DNA of 63,982 nucleotides, filler included, from Reticulomyxa filosa (Eukaryota > Protista > Foraminifera): NCBI GenBank assembly GCA_000512085.1. It is 17 parts of 17 records of this genome, joined end to end, with 100 filler letters (N's around TTAATTAATTAA, not from the genome) between each part and the next. Parts side by side here need not be neighbours in the genome. Positions count along the whole stretch, not along the records: positions 24,471 to 32,704 come from ASPP01013699.1; positions 32,805 to 35,456 come from ASPP01022878.1; positions 35,557 to 41,227 come from ASPP01015320.1; 14 more parts are not named here. One strand, given 5' to 3'. A program made the position numbers and the translations under genes. The stretch's first letter is position 1; every line of letters starts with the position of its first letter. Shown in pieces: positions 24,371 through 38,289 of the stretch. The notes under the pieces are model-generated. The model was not told the DNA's origin and searched no databases. It was given only the letters and a program-made list of their open reading frames with translations.

Positions 24371-24602
24371 NNNNNNNNNNNNNNNNNNNNNNNNNNNNNN
24401 NNNNNNNNNNNNNNTTAATTAATTAANNNNNNNNNNNNNNNNNNNNNNNNNNNNNNNNNNNNNNNNNNNNGCCTTACATGCTCTGTGCAAGAAAGGACGA
24501 AAAAAAACATACATTTTTTTATTGAGAGCTTAGCAGTCCTTTTTTGTACACCCTCGGTCCCTCGTTTGTGTTATTTTGTGTCATTGTTGGGTTGTTTGTG
24601 AA

Positions 24603-27160
24603 GCGGCTTGCACTGGAATTATGGCGGGTGCAAACATCAGTGGCGATTTGAAAAATCCATCTGAAAATATTCCAACTGGTACTTATATTTTGTTTTTTGG
24701 GCATCCTTTGTTTTTATGGAAGGAAAAACAAACAAACAAAAAAGGAACCCTGTGGGCTATCGGAACCACTTCGGCTGTGTATTTGTTTATGGCATTGGCA
24801 GCAGCTGCTAGTGTGACATATGATGAATTAATTGAAAATTACTTTTCATTCATTAACGTGAGTTTATGGTCACCGTTAGTGTTTATAGGCATTTATGCGG
24901 CTAGTCTGAGCAGTGCTTTGTGTATGTTAGTAGGAGCACCACGAATTTTGAGATCTGTTGCTAATGACAATTTATTGCCTTTTTTACATATATTCACCAA
25001 AGTTAATGCCAAAGGCGAACCAATGAATGCTTATTTTGTAAGTTTTGCAATTGCCATTTGCTGCATTTTGGTGGCTGATTTGAATGTCATTGCCCCTTTG
25101 ATCACTCAAGTTATGTACATTTACACATATACACAAGCATATATGTATGGATTATTTTTTAGTGATCCTCTCACACCAACAAATGGATACAGTTTTTTTT
25201 GGGGACGTATGCGTTTATCTCAATATCGTGTTATTTTATGACAATTAGCCATTCTCCAGCTTGGCGTCCAGCGTTTAAATATTATAGTCAGCACACGGCC
25301 CTAGTGGGTGGTCTTTTGTGTATTGTTATCATGTTAGCCACACGTTTGGATTACGCCGTTGTTGCCATCATTACTGGCGCTAGCATCTATGGTTATGTGT
25401 CATATTCCAAGCCCAATGTCAACTGGGGTTCTGCTTTTGAATCCAGAGCTAAATGGAAGGTTGGTCAAAACACAAAAAAGCTTTTTTTTTCCATTGTTTG
25501 CTTGTCTTACAATGATTGCTTTGAAAAATGTAGGCGAACCGAGCAGTATTGCAATTGATGCATTACAAAGCCCATGTGAAAAATTTCCAACCCTCGTTCT
25601 TGGTGATGTGTGGAAACCCGGAGACTCGTATTCCTTTGGTGAAATTTGTGTATACGCTGCAACGAGGCCATGGGATGATTATTTATGCCAATGTTATCAA
25701 TGGCGATTTTACACAACACATTAGCGAAATCCAACAAAATACAAGCTATTTGCCGGAGGAAATGAAAATGCAAGCCTTTTTTGAAAACGTGGCCGCTCCA
25801 ACAGTTCGAAAAGGGGCCCACGCCTTGTTTCAGTTGGCGGGGTTGGGAAAACTGCGTGGAAACGTCTTGGTGTTGGGCTTTAAAAATCAATGGCATCACA
25901 ACATACCGATCAAAGCCCAAATAGCAGAAAGACAGACACAAACCAGAGTCGATTTAGAAGAAAATGCCCTTTCTGGTGATCAAAAAGAACAAAACTCTAA
26001 TATCAACGAGTCTTTTGAAAATGATCAAGGATCGCACGAGAAACAATCGTTATTAGCCTCAACGAGCAATTCATCAGATACATTTTCAAATGACGATTAC
26101 GTAGCATTATTGATGGATGCTTTGGTATTTTATTGTTTTGTCTATTTCTTTATTGCTTTAACTTTTTTTTTTCCTTTCAAAATTTAAATTGAATAAATAC
26201 ATACGAAGAAATACAAAATGGGATTTATGATTTGTCGAGGATTGGAAACGTTGCCACTTGGTGAAATTAAATCAGGAAATGTGATCGTCGACCTGAATGA
26301 ATTGTCAGAAAACAGTTTGTTCCGATCGACAGCGGTGATCGATGTGTGGTGGTTATTGGACGACGGAGGACTGTCGTTGCTTGTACCACATCTAATGAGC
26401 ATCGATCGATTTTGGAGACAATTAAGTTCCATGAACGCAACTCCAAAAGAAAAGAATACATTTTCGAATCGAAATAACACCAAAGTACCCAAAGATCTTA
26501 GCACTCGTGACGCACGTTTCATGGTGAGACTATTTCTGGTGGCCGATGATGACATCGGGGCCGACGGACTTGATCAGGCAACCACCGGAAATCAGGGTAA
26601 GCATCAGCGACAAACCTCCTCCATGCAATTACAAGAACTCGCTAGGATATCTAGACAAGGACTGGTTGCAGAAGATTTAATTGGTCAAATCGAAAATACA
26701 ACAGGTTTTTTTTTTATTCCTCCAAATGGCAGTAACCACACTGTGATAACACTTTTTTTTTAAAAAAATAGATTTATGGAAAGCAGAGCTATCTTCATTA
26801 CTACAGAAATTTCGATTAAATATTAACGGTCCTTACACAGTGAAATCAGGACGTCGTGAACCAAGCATGGAAACCTATGAAAAGTTTGCACAATTGACAG
26901 GGTATCAATTGAACAACAAAGAACACAGCCATGTTTGGAGCAATTCAAAGCTGAATCGATGGCTACGTGTCTCTGAAATGATTCACGCCTATTCTCGCAA
27001 TCAAAGATGCGTGTTTGTGACTGCTCCTTTTCCTACTTGCTTTGATGAGTCCACAATGTATCTTGGTGTGTTAGATATGTTGAGTCACACCACTGAAAAT
27101 CGAGCCACTGTGTTGATTCGAGGAACAGGAGACAATGTACTCACCTTCTACTCGGAATAA
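24603..27160 (+). CDS. SLC12 cation-chloride cotransporter (NKCC/NCC-like), C-terminal half; exons about 24603-24678, 24745-25109, 25192-25459, 25534-26124, 26208-26704, 26772-27160
   Basis: TGIMAGANISGDLKNP, SPAWRPAFKYYS, VNWGS, HVKNFQP, GLGKLRGNVLVLGFK, IDVWWLLDDGGL, VLIRGTGDNVLTFYSE*. Confidence 0.95.
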
Positions 27161-27675
27161 CGAACATATACAATCCGTTTTACCATTTTTATTCATTTTG
27201 ACTTGCAAGATCAATTGCATTCTTTTTTCTTTTTTTCCTCTCATTTACTTTGATTTTGTTGGTACTTTGCTTTTATACTCTTTTAGTCGTTATCCCATCT
27301 TGCCAGTGACAACATATTATTTGAAATTTACTTGTTTTGCCTTTTGGTTGCTCACAAAAGAAACGTGTATCTTACCTTTTATTTTCGTACCAAGCGCTGT
27401 AATTTTATGCATTTGTTTTGAGAGTGCGTAGATCAACTGTATTTGGAAAATCTAAGTAGCATGAAGGAAAGAGAAATTGAATGAAAGAGCAAATCAGCTA
27501 ACAAAAGGCGTTGAAGAAATATGTATTTAAAAAATTTTAAAGGTAGTTAGCTGTATTTTAAGTACTACCCCTGAGTCAACAATAGTGCAACTTGACACAG
27601 CAGACGCTACAGTACACACGTCAAAGAAAGAAAAAGGGAACGAAATGTGAAGGTTCAGTGCAAAAGGCATTGAGA

Positions 27676-30600
27676 ATGATAGTCCCACAAGTTGAGAAAT
27701 GGAGTTCTAGCAAAAATACAACAGTTTTAAATCGATATCTTGAAGATTCTCCAGAAATATCACAGCCGAATAGTCGACAAGTTTCGCCGGTTCAAGGAAA
27801 CGAATTGGATACGAATTCATTTGAGCCAGACGACCTTCCACTAACCAACTTTGGAACAGTGACTGAGAGGAGAGATGAACGAATGAATGAAAATAGTTAT
27901 GGCGATTATAACGCGTCAAATGAATTGCTGACCGATAATCGCGAGCGCGCTCCGATATTGTTTGACGAAGACAACGATGTTCCTCCGCCACCGAAACATA
28001 CGCTAGAACAAGAACAATCATTTATTTTGAAAGAAGAGCAGATAAAGCAACAAGGTAATAATAATAAGGGATACCATTGTATTCTGTCCTCGCTCTTCCC
28101 AGTATATATTGTGTTTGTTGTAAATGAACATTGCACACAGATGCGGTGGAAATGGAACAAAAAGAAAATCAAATCGATGGTCGTGTTCGTCGCATGTTAA
28201 ACATTTTCTCCAAGCAATATATTCGTGAATACATAAAGCGCAATATTCAAAAGCCTTTGTTCAAATGCGTTGACGCTGGTGTGTGTGTGTGTTTTTTTTT
28301 TTGAAAGAGCGTCGGAATAAAATATACAAATGTAATTTTATATGCAATATACATATATACATATGTATATATTCAAATATCAAAATGCGAACAAAATGAA
28401 TCAAACCATTTTGAAAAGAATTACAAAATAAACAACTGAATCCTCCTCATTACTATTTGTTGAAGAAAGCAGAGATTAATATGCATTCTTATGTGTATTC
28501 CATTCGTATTGCCTCTTCACGTATGTGTTTGTTGTGTGTTAATGGGAACTGATATTCCCACTTTGAAACTGTTGTGAAAGCAACAGAGTTATGGATTAGC
28601 AAATCAATGAACAGACAAATAACAAACAAAAAAGGTACTTCAATTGGCGCAGATAAAAATGAATATACATCGTATGTCATCGTGGGTGCAAGTATGACTC
28701 CTTTCAATTCAAAACTCACTGTTTGTGTCAAAAGATTTGACGAATTGCGTCAGTTTGCTCAACAAGTTGCTTATTTATTTATTTTCTCCTATATATGTAC
28801 ATACATATATATACATATATATATATATATATTATTTTTTTTTTTTTTGATTGTAATGTCTTTGTGTCGTCTGCCAGTTAAAGCAAGAGTTGCCACGAGT
28901 GTTCATACGCGAAAGTAATGGACAAACAAAAAATGAGTATTTATTTCCATCGCATATGCGCTTGTTTGGATTTATTGATGAACGGAAGTTGCACCAACGA
29001 AAACAATTGATCAATGAATATTTTAGTGCCATTTGTGAAAATGCGAATGTCACTCGTCACCCCTTATTTTTATCTTTTTTCCGCTTAACAGGTGTTTGTT
29101 ATTAGATAAGTAGAAGAGAAAGGTGTTTTCAGACTCTCTTTTGCGAAAACACACATACACACACACACAAGTGAATTTTACTTTGTGTTGTCTTTGGAGA
29201 TGACACATAGACCCTGAAGCCGAGGAGCGCATGCGATTGGACAGTATCGAACAAACACTTGTCTCAATGTCCAAAGGCAAAATTTACAAACGGCAAGAAA
29301 AGGCCGCCATGGGTGCGCTCGTACGTCATCACAGCAATAGTGAGACACCGCATAAGCTGCTATTCGGTACTGAGTACAGCGAAGAGCAGCGAAGCGATTA
29401 CGAGTTGACCTCTTCGGACGATAACGATGATGACGACGACAATGACACGACAATGACGATAATGACGACAATGACGACGATGACAAAGACAATAACAATG
29501 ACAAAGATAATGATAAAGATACTGACAAAGATGAACATGGAAATACAAAGCGAAACAACGCAAAGGAAAAAGAAGACCACCAGTCAATGGAACATAAAAA
29601 ACGGAATAATGACAGTGGGAACGCAGGTCGCAATACAAGTCGTGGACAAGAACAAAACCACTCCAGACATCATCCACATTACTCAAAAGAAAAAAAAGAG
29701 GAAGAACAGGGAATGGAAGACGAAAAAGAAGAGGAAGAAGAAGAAAGAGGAGGAGAAGGAGGAGGAGGGGAAGAAGAAGACGGAGATTCGTTGGTAATGA
29801 CACAAGAAGACATGGAATTTGACATTCCGAGCGATATTCATCATTACAACGATCCTAAACATCAATTGATTTGTACTGCTTTTGATATGATCCAAAAGCA
29901 AATCGAAATTGAAGAATGGAGTTTCAATAAGAAGTCCAATCACTCCAATGCGATCGCCGATGCATCACAGCACGACACCACTGTCGGCATTGGTAATGCC
30001 CTTGCTCATCACTCCATACGCAATCGTAGTGAAAGTAGTCCTGTTCGACGTGGCAAAGAGAAAGTCGCGTCCTTTCGAAATGATTTTGGAAATCCTCTCT
30101 CTTTTCATGGCCATCATAACATTGAACTACGTTGGAAAAAGGCTCGGCACCCAATGAATTCCCTCAAAGGCTTGGTGTGCCTTCTTCGTCGCCCATGAGT
30201 CAAAGTCATCGAAACAGACAGCATTTAGTTCAGTTTTGTGAACTTTTTTTCCCCATGTCCTCGACTTTGCAATGCTTGATTTTTGATCACACAATACCAT
30301 CTTGTGACATAAATAAATACATCAATCAATCAATCAATCATATTAAACTCCCCCTTTGTTGAATAGCATATCCGTGTGTCGTCCATTATTGCATCCACCT
30401 TTTCTCCCGCTGAATTAATTGGCACTGCGATAATTGATGAAGAAGAGGAAGATGATGATGGCAACGGATATCGAGGCAATGATCAGTTCGCGCAATCTCA
30501 AGCCAATGGCTATCCCAATGGTAATAAATCAACGAAGCTACTACCAAAGGGCGGAGTGGTGTTAAATCGAAAGCGCAGTTCGTTGTCGGCGACAAACCAA

Positions 30601-32450
30601 TTGACCACCCAATTCACTGGACCTCGTATTATTCGCAGCGCCTCTGAGGCAACCAGCGAACAATCTTTGTCATACAAGATCCCTACACACGTTGGTGATG
30701 TGTGGAGAAAGGTTATCGCGCAAATTGATAACAAGCATAAAGTCATTAACAAATTTAAAGATAATATCGCGCAAACCATGTACCCTATCATTCAGGTTAT
30801 CATGAATGGTATTATTCCTGCCATCAAAACAATGCTTCGAGAACCATCTGGTGTGTAAATAGTGTACATACATATACATATACATGTATACATATATTTG
30901 TACATATATGTATACATGTATATGCATATATGTATCAAAGCTTCGTCACCAGACTTGAAACCAAAAAGTCACGACAAAGATATATCCAGATTGCAACTAG
31001 ATACCAATTTCAATGACGAAAAAGACCAAGGTATGTTATCTTTCAACAACAATAATAATAAAAAAAAATATTACATATATAATTTTGAGGAAAACAAAAG
31101 ACATCCAGTGGTATGTCATACATGCATACAAAATCAAAAACATTGTAGAATCGCAATATTCCACAGACAGCGACGAATCTCATGTGCACAAAGACATATC
31201 ATTGTTCGATTTCCCCTTTATCAATGCAATGTACCAATATTGTTTGACCGAAGTGAATTTGTACGAATACTTTTTAGCATTCGAGCGATTAGCAATTGAG
31301 GAACCATTTGGTCCGATCATGGGGCAAGATTTCACACAAACATTCGGATCTGGTCGAGACCGTTCGCAAAGTGACCAAACTCGTGTCCATTTGAAACCGC
31401 AGCTTTCAAATTCCAATAGCAGCAATAACAATTGGACAAAGTTGGGTCAAAATGATAACGGCATCTCCAATGCTAGTTTGCACCATGATCCGGGAAATGC
31501 TAAATACAAGTATATGCACCTGTTGGAGTACAATTTTGAGTTGTTATCCAAAATGTGTTCGGAAGAGTTTGAGGAGCGAATGCGATATGTCATGAGAGTA
31601 CATGCCATGATTCGACGTTTTATTTGTGAAATCTTTTATGAATTTGTTCGTGCCTTTTCAAAATGTTTGCGACTCTTAATTAATTATCGTGACACCTTTG
31701 AAAAGACTTCTCTTGTGGACGAAGATGCTGTGGTATGCATTTTCTTTTTTTCAACTTGAAAGTTATATGTACGTATATACTCTTTGACAATAAAAGGAAA
31801 TGGATCCAGAATATCACGAGGAAAGACTAATTGGAATATTACGAGACAGTGGATATAACATGTCTTGGATTTGTGATGATTTGATTCAAAGAAGTAAAAT
31901 ACGATTTGGAAAATACAGCGAATGGATTTATACGCCATTGATGGACGGCATCAACACCATCGCGCAGTTGTGTTGCAATGCATTATCTTTGATAATCGTT
32001 GACTTTTCATTTGAAAATAGTCGGCCCAAGACAATTCAAGAATACCGAAGATACTTTATTAAAGCCTGGAAAAAACCTATCGATATGTTCATTTTTGATT
32101 TGAGTGAGGCGATATTTGAAATATTGTATCAGTCCACCGTTGGATTAATCTGCAGCACATGTGTCGACTTGTTAAAAGGCACTCTGAGAACGCACGTGTT
32201 GCCCAAAGTAAAACTTATCCTACGGGGACAACACAAAGCCGCGAACTCGGATAATCACAACAAATCCCAAACTTCTCAGAAAAAACAACGGATAATCCCA
32301 AAAGCAATAAAACATTATATCAGCCTAAAAGAAATTGTTGACATTGTCACAGAACGAGTTTTATACAATGTTGTCAGCGAAAACTTGACTTATTTAAGAT
32401 TTGAATGTGAGAAAAAGTTTTACAAAACATTTGAAAAAAACATCAAATGA
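27676..32450 (+). CDS. Large multi-exon PX-domain protein with acidic linker and helical C-terminal region (probably one gene)
   Basis: PX signature YTSYVI..VKRFDELRQF..LFP..IDERKLHQRKQLINEYFSAI..RHPLFLSFF at about 28660-29090; consecutive plus-strand exons separated by TA-rich GT-AG introns to TGA 32450; one -1 slip near 29447. Confidence 0.7.
29420..29535 (+). repeat. Coding GAY/AAY trinucleotide repeat (Asp/Asn tract)
   Basis: gataacgatgatgacgacgacaatgac... Confidence 0.85.
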
Positions 32451-32804
32451 TGGGACTCCACACAGAACAATGACTGGGCATATTCCAAAGTTATTGTTTT
32501 GGTTTAGAGATTGTGCACTATGACTTTTTTATTTGTTCTTGTCATTCCAATGTAAATTTTTTGTTGTGTCGTTTTTCTTTTTGAATAAAAAAATCTTTTA
32601 TCAATACTATCAGAAACATTGAAAATATTTGTATTGTCGATTATTTTTTGCAGACTGTGGTTTGCAAAAAAGACCAACCACAAATTATACCATTATGAAA
32701 AAAANNNNNNNNNNNNNNNNNNNNNNNNNNNNNNNNNNNNNNNNNNNNTTAATTAATTAANNNNNNNNNNNNNNNNNNNNNNNNNNNNNNNNNNNNNNNN
32801 NNNN

Positions 32805-33969
32805 TCAATCCATCCTAATTTTATCTTTAAAGTTTGAATCCAATATTGAATAATATATTTTATTTCATTTTTTGACTGTTCATTGTTTATTATTTGTCAT
32901 ACAATAGAATTTATTTTTGTATGATCAAATAAATAAACAAATCATTACCAACTGTGAAGGATCCCATGCACGTACTTTAGTCTTCATGTGAGTTGATACT
33001 GTTGTCCTTATATCACATCTTCCTCCAATAATATGTATATAATTATCTTCTTCATTCGATATTGCAACACAATCTATCAATGGACTAGGTAAAGTGTTTT
33101 GAAATGTTATCCATTTGTTTTCTCGAATTGAATATTTGTGCACTAATTTTGAAATAACATTATCATTACGACATCCCCAAAAAATAAAATAGCGCCATTG
33201 ATACTTACACATGCATAGCGAAATAATTTTGCAATATCATTATAAGCAGGAGTCGCTGAAATTGAAAAGTGTTTTATCTTCATCATATCAATTGATAATC
33301 CTGTATTCTGGTTAAACAACAGCATTTGATACTTTTGTTTATTTTTTTCTTGATTTTTTTCATCATTTCTTGTCCTTGTCCATTTTCTGAATTTGATACA
33401 AAGCAATGAAATTGAATATAATTCCTAGTTGGTAAAGTATCATGTTTAATAAATTGAAATATATTTAAATTAAACACACTAATATAATTGATAAAATAAG
33501 TGATAAATAACAAATTACTATTGCTTCCACCAACCACTGCACGCATCCCCCAATAATTGTCATTATCTCTTCCAATGATAATTGGATGATTGTGATTGTC
33601 TGTGAAAGGAACCCATTGATTGTAATTGTTGAATTCATTTGATTTATTTGATATATTATTCCAAACACTAACATATTTCATCACAAATGTATGTCTTTTT
33701 GTATATTTACTTCCACCAAAAGACAGTAAAGTGATTTGATTGCTGTCTTTGTTGTTGTCTATAAGTTTCACTACACAGTGCGCTTCTAATTGAACATTAC
33801 TTGGATACTTACAGATAAACTTGTATTTATTTTTGGTTGTATGATAAGAATAACAAGCTTTTTGACCAAAACCTCCACAAATGATTAGTTCGTGTTTGTG
33901 TAGCACACATTGAGATTCACCAAGTGGAGTGGGTAATTCCTTCAAGGTTTGAAAGGTTTGATTGATCAT
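32805..33969 (-). pseudogene. Kelch-repeat gene with frameshifts and C-terminal shared-module exon (32805-32875; intron 32876-32948)
   Basis: Close paralog of 11058-12341; frame breaks near 33370, 33280 and 33185; exon SKNEIKYIIQYWIQTLKIKLGWI cut by the contig end. Confidence 0.85.
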
Positions 33970-34364
33970 GTTGTTAAGATTGATGAACTATGAAGTGGTT
34001 TTGATTTTTTTTAAAGGGGAAGGTAGCTCAAAAAAAATACACATTAGATTTAAACAAAAATTATGTTAAATTCGTTTTTCTTTTTTTTTAAATTTATAAT
34101 GAATAAAATTTGTGTTTGAAGGAAACATATCTGTTATTTGTTTTGTTTTTTATAAAAGCAGCAAATAAATCATGTGAAGCAATCAAAAATTTCAATTCTT
34201 TTGTTTACATATTATTTAATAATTGAAAAAAAAATCACATGCATTGTTAAAATCCTATTTTTTTGTTGCCAAAAATATTTGAAAACCCCGTTCATTACAC
34301 TTGATAGAAAAAAAGTTCAATATCTTCCATTTTACATCAAAAACGATCTTAAGAAAAAAAACAA

Positions 34365-35456
34365 ATGATAACTCTTAGCAATGAGAAGCGAATTTCAACA
34401 CAATTAGCGTTGGTAAGCTTTATTACAAGCTTTCAGAAAGTTTTTTTTTATTGTTTATTTATTGTATGTAATTTGTGACTTAAACAGTCTGAAGAAGAAA
34501 AGATTCAAGTAATTGTACAACACTGGATTCGAATATTAAAAATAAAATTAGGATGGATTTATGAGTTTGACAAATTTGTTTCAATTATGTTAGTTCATTT
34601 GTCCTTTCTTTTTTTTTTTAATATCAATCAAAATATTCAAATATTTATTTAACATAGGTATCTACTGTCCTCATGTTTGAAACATTTCGCTCATCATCCA
34701 AATTAATCAATACATTAACTGGACATACAAACGCTGTGTTTAGTATTGATTATTCAATATTTGATGATTGTCAACTTATTTGCTCTGGGTCAGATGATCG
34801 AACAGTTCGTGTATGGGATGTTGATAACAACAAGCAAATTCAATCATTCAATGGGCATTCAAATTTTGTGAATTTTGTGAAATTTTCATCATATCATTAT
34901 CATAGCCGTCGTCAAAATGTCATTTGCTCTTCATCAGATGACAATACCATTCGATTTTGGGATTTCAAACACAATAAGCAATTACAAATACTCAATGGAC
35001 ACAAATCAGGTATTTACGGCATTGAATTTTCACCATTTAATAGTGGTAGATATTTGTGTTTTGGATCATACAAAACAATTTGTCTATTGGATGTTGAAAC
35101 ATCAAAATCATTACATGTTTTCAATGGACATGAAAAAGCTGTTTGGTGTATTGATATTTCACCATTACAAAGCAATGACGGCGATAATAATAAAATGAAT
35201 AATATTGGTGTGATTGGTGGAAATGGATATACAATTTGTTCTGGATCAGCTGATAAAACCATTCAAATATGGGATATTGAAACAAAAAAACAATTCAGTG
35301 TATTTAAAGGACATGAAGATTGTGTGATTAGTGTAAAATATGGATCAAATGAGTTACTAAATACAATATTATCTGGATCAAATGATAAAAGTGTTCGTTT
35401 GTGGGATATTCGATCTGGTGAACAAATTCAAGTGTTCATAGGACACACTCATTGGG
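34365..35456 (+). CDS. WD40 repeat protein, 3'-truncated; exons 34365-34412, 34488-34588 (shared module, 1 nt short), 34658-35456
   Basis: GHTNAVFSIDY..ICSGSDDRTVRVWD repeats; GT-AG introns; same family as 8978-9344. Confidence 0.9.
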
Positions 35457-35566
35457 NNNNNNNNNNNNNNNNNNNNNNNNNNNNNNNNNNNNNNNNNNNN
35501 TTAATTAATTAANNNNNNNNNNNNNNNNNNNNNNNNNNNNNNNNNNNNNNNNNNNNAAAAAAAAAG

Positions 35567-35576
<10 letters not shown>

Positions 35577-35599
<23 letters not shown>

Positions 35600-36031
35600 G
35601 ACCTACGTAAGTGGATGAAAGCATTTGAAATAAAATCGTGTATGTTAATATGGGTGATATCGTTGACTGGCATTGTGGAAGATTTAACCTATTTGCGTAA
35701 TAATTTGGAATATTTTGAAAAAGTGCAAGGCAATGCCTCTTTGAGTAGGTGCAATTTCTTGATTATAATGAACGATAGTTTGGAAGATGAGGTATACAAA
35801 TTGATTAAGAAAAAAGGAGGGTTTCCCTTGACAGAGGCAGAGAAAACTACGGATTTCAAAGCTATCACCGAATTAATTGAAAAAGCATTTACACAAAGGT
35901 TTGAACAAAAATCCGACGGATCTACCTTCACTCGTTTGCTTACCTTTTATTACTCTCATCTTTGTGATAATAAACTTTTGGTACATATTCACTCTCGCTT
36001 TTCTCATCACCATGATATTTGCAAGTCCTAA
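35577..36031 (+). CDS. Divergent G-protein alpha-like C-terminal fragment
   Basis: LRKWMKAFE..MLIWVISLT..LRNNLEYFEKVQGNASLSRCNFLIIMN..ITELIEKAF..FYYSHLCD follows the G-alpha order RKKWIHCFE / IIFCVALS / ESMKLFDSICNN / IILFLNK / YTHFTCA. Confidence 0.5.
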
Positions 36032-36878
36032 CACCCTCCAATTTTTTTTTGTATGATTTATAAATTTTTTTTTTTCATTAACAAATAGAAAACGTTTTTG
36101 TGATCATAAAAAAAATTGATTTTTGTTTTTAGACGGAATTTTTTTTTTGTGCTGTTGTATTTGTCTGTTAATTCATTGACGTACTTTTTCTTGTTAGTTT
36201 TCAAACACTTTTATGAATAGTGTTATCGAACGTTATAAAAAAAAAAAAAAAATTTAAACTGAGAAATGGAAAAATATGCTCCTTCATCTGCAAGCCTTTT
36301 TAACAAATGATCGAAATTGTCAAAAAAAAATTATTTAAACTTGTATCTTGCATAAATAGAAGAAACAATAATAAAAAACATTTTTGTTTCATTTGCGCAA
36401 TAATAACAGCTTCAAACATGCACGTGAAACGGAATTCCAGTTACGTCATCACTTATCTACTCAATTTTGTATACTCCAACAGAAAGAATATCAATCTAAT
36501 TCTTTTATCATCATAGCCAAAGTTGAATTAACTTATTGATTATCACAATTTATTGAGCATTTGGTGAAAATGTTACTTACATGATGCAATAATAGTTCAT
36601 TTGGCGAAAGTTATGCATAATTTACAATTTTTAGCATGTTTTTTCAATTCTTGAATTTTAAAATTGTTTTCTCAGGACGAGTTCATTCGTCTCTTTTAAC
36701 AAAACAATCATGAAGTGTTGCATTATGTTATTTGTTGCTGATTATTTAATGTGAGAAGCACTTGTACATTAATATCAGGAATTGAAATATGGTTTTGTTT
36801 ACTCAATAATAAACAATATCTTTCAAATAAGTCAAGTTCAAACAAAGATTCACAAATTTCTTTTTTTCTATTTTCTCT

Positions 36879-37592
36879 TCAAATCTTTCTGTCTTTTTCA
36901 ACAAATGGTAATCCATAATAAAAAGTAACATTGTTGCAAATTCAATTAAAGTTAATGACAATTTAGAAAAAAACAAGCTAGTAAATTTACGTCATGGTTA
37001 CAACAACGATTGCTTATAAATTTTTTCATTCTTTTTTTGTATTTTTCTTTCACTTACTTTTTTTAAAGTGAAATGAATTCAACGCTCCATCCACTTCATC
37101 CATGCTATTTTTACACAATTGTAAAAGCAGATAAATAAAATTTAAGTCTATAGAATGATGCCACATTGCACTGATTTGCATAGCTTGTTGAATATATTTA
37201 CAATATTCCGTCCATGTTACAATATCATTTATGCATCTCATCTTCATTTTCTACTTTTGCATTCCATGCATTACATTCTTTATGTGTTTCTTTGTCACGA
37301 GTAAAAATTATATGCGATCTTGAAAACAAAATTTCACATTCATGTTTGTGGATATATCCATGTTACATCACAACTATTAATTCCACCTGCTCGTCTCATA
37401 GAAGGACAAAAATGTAAAATACATCCTCAATGACTTCTTTAAATCTCTGCAATTTGTAAAGGATCTGAAGTACTTACATGGCTAATAAAATACCAATTTC
37501 TTTTTCATTCTCCAATCCACAATATAATTCCATTTCAATTTCTTCTCTTTTTCATGATTGTGCAAAGTGGAAATAGCATCTTGCAAATACCT
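36879..37592 (-). pseudogene. Second ADP-ribosyltransferase-like pseudogene, 5'-truncated
   Basis: LQDAISTLHNHE..MELYCGL..YFISHVSTSDPLQIAEI*RSH*GCILHFCPSMRRAGGINSCDVTWI..KHECEILFSRS..GLPFVEKDRKI*; collinear with 2460-3197. Confidence 0.7.
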
Positions 37593-38289
37593 AAGTAAAA
37601 TTCATTGAGCTTCTATGATGAACATTTTTTAATTTGAAAAATTTTTGCATTTGATTGAATAACTTATAGGCACTAACCACACGATAAAACTTTGTCGTAA
37701 AAAGAAGTACATTATGTATTATTGAAAAAATAAAAAGAGCAATGAAAACACAAATGGTGATTATTGCCGTGATCACCTAACAGTAGATTGCAATATATTA
37801 TTTACTAAAAGAAACTGGAAGCTACATGCAAAGTTCAACTGAACATTATAAATGGAACTTAACGTTTTTTTTTTCCAATAGAAATTGTGATAATTATTAA
37901 AAATACATTTATCTTCATTAAAAGATTTATTTACATTAAAAAAGCTGGAGTGAAAGTCTTCATTTCTATCCAGTTAGTTTTATTTTACTTAAAATTGTGA
38001 TCGTTATTTTAAAAAGATATCAATTTCTCTACTATACATAGCAATTTCTAAAGTTTGCAGATGAGTATTCTTATAAATTCAATTTACTTATATCAAATCT
38101 CTTTGAAGTGCATTGTCAATCATTCCAAAGACATAGTGTTTTGTTGATGTTTGAATATTCTACAACATTTGCATTCCTCATTAAATAGAAAAAATATGCA
38201 TTATTTAATTCAGTTTTCATTAACCTAAAAAAGTTCAAAAGCATTTTTTCGCTTGCATCATCCAGAGGAAATAACAAAAAAAGTTGAAA

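Noticed and set aside
29178-29943. Minus-strand ORFs rich in Leu, Ser or Ile/Val
   Set aside because: Antisense readings of trinucleotide repeats in the PX gene.
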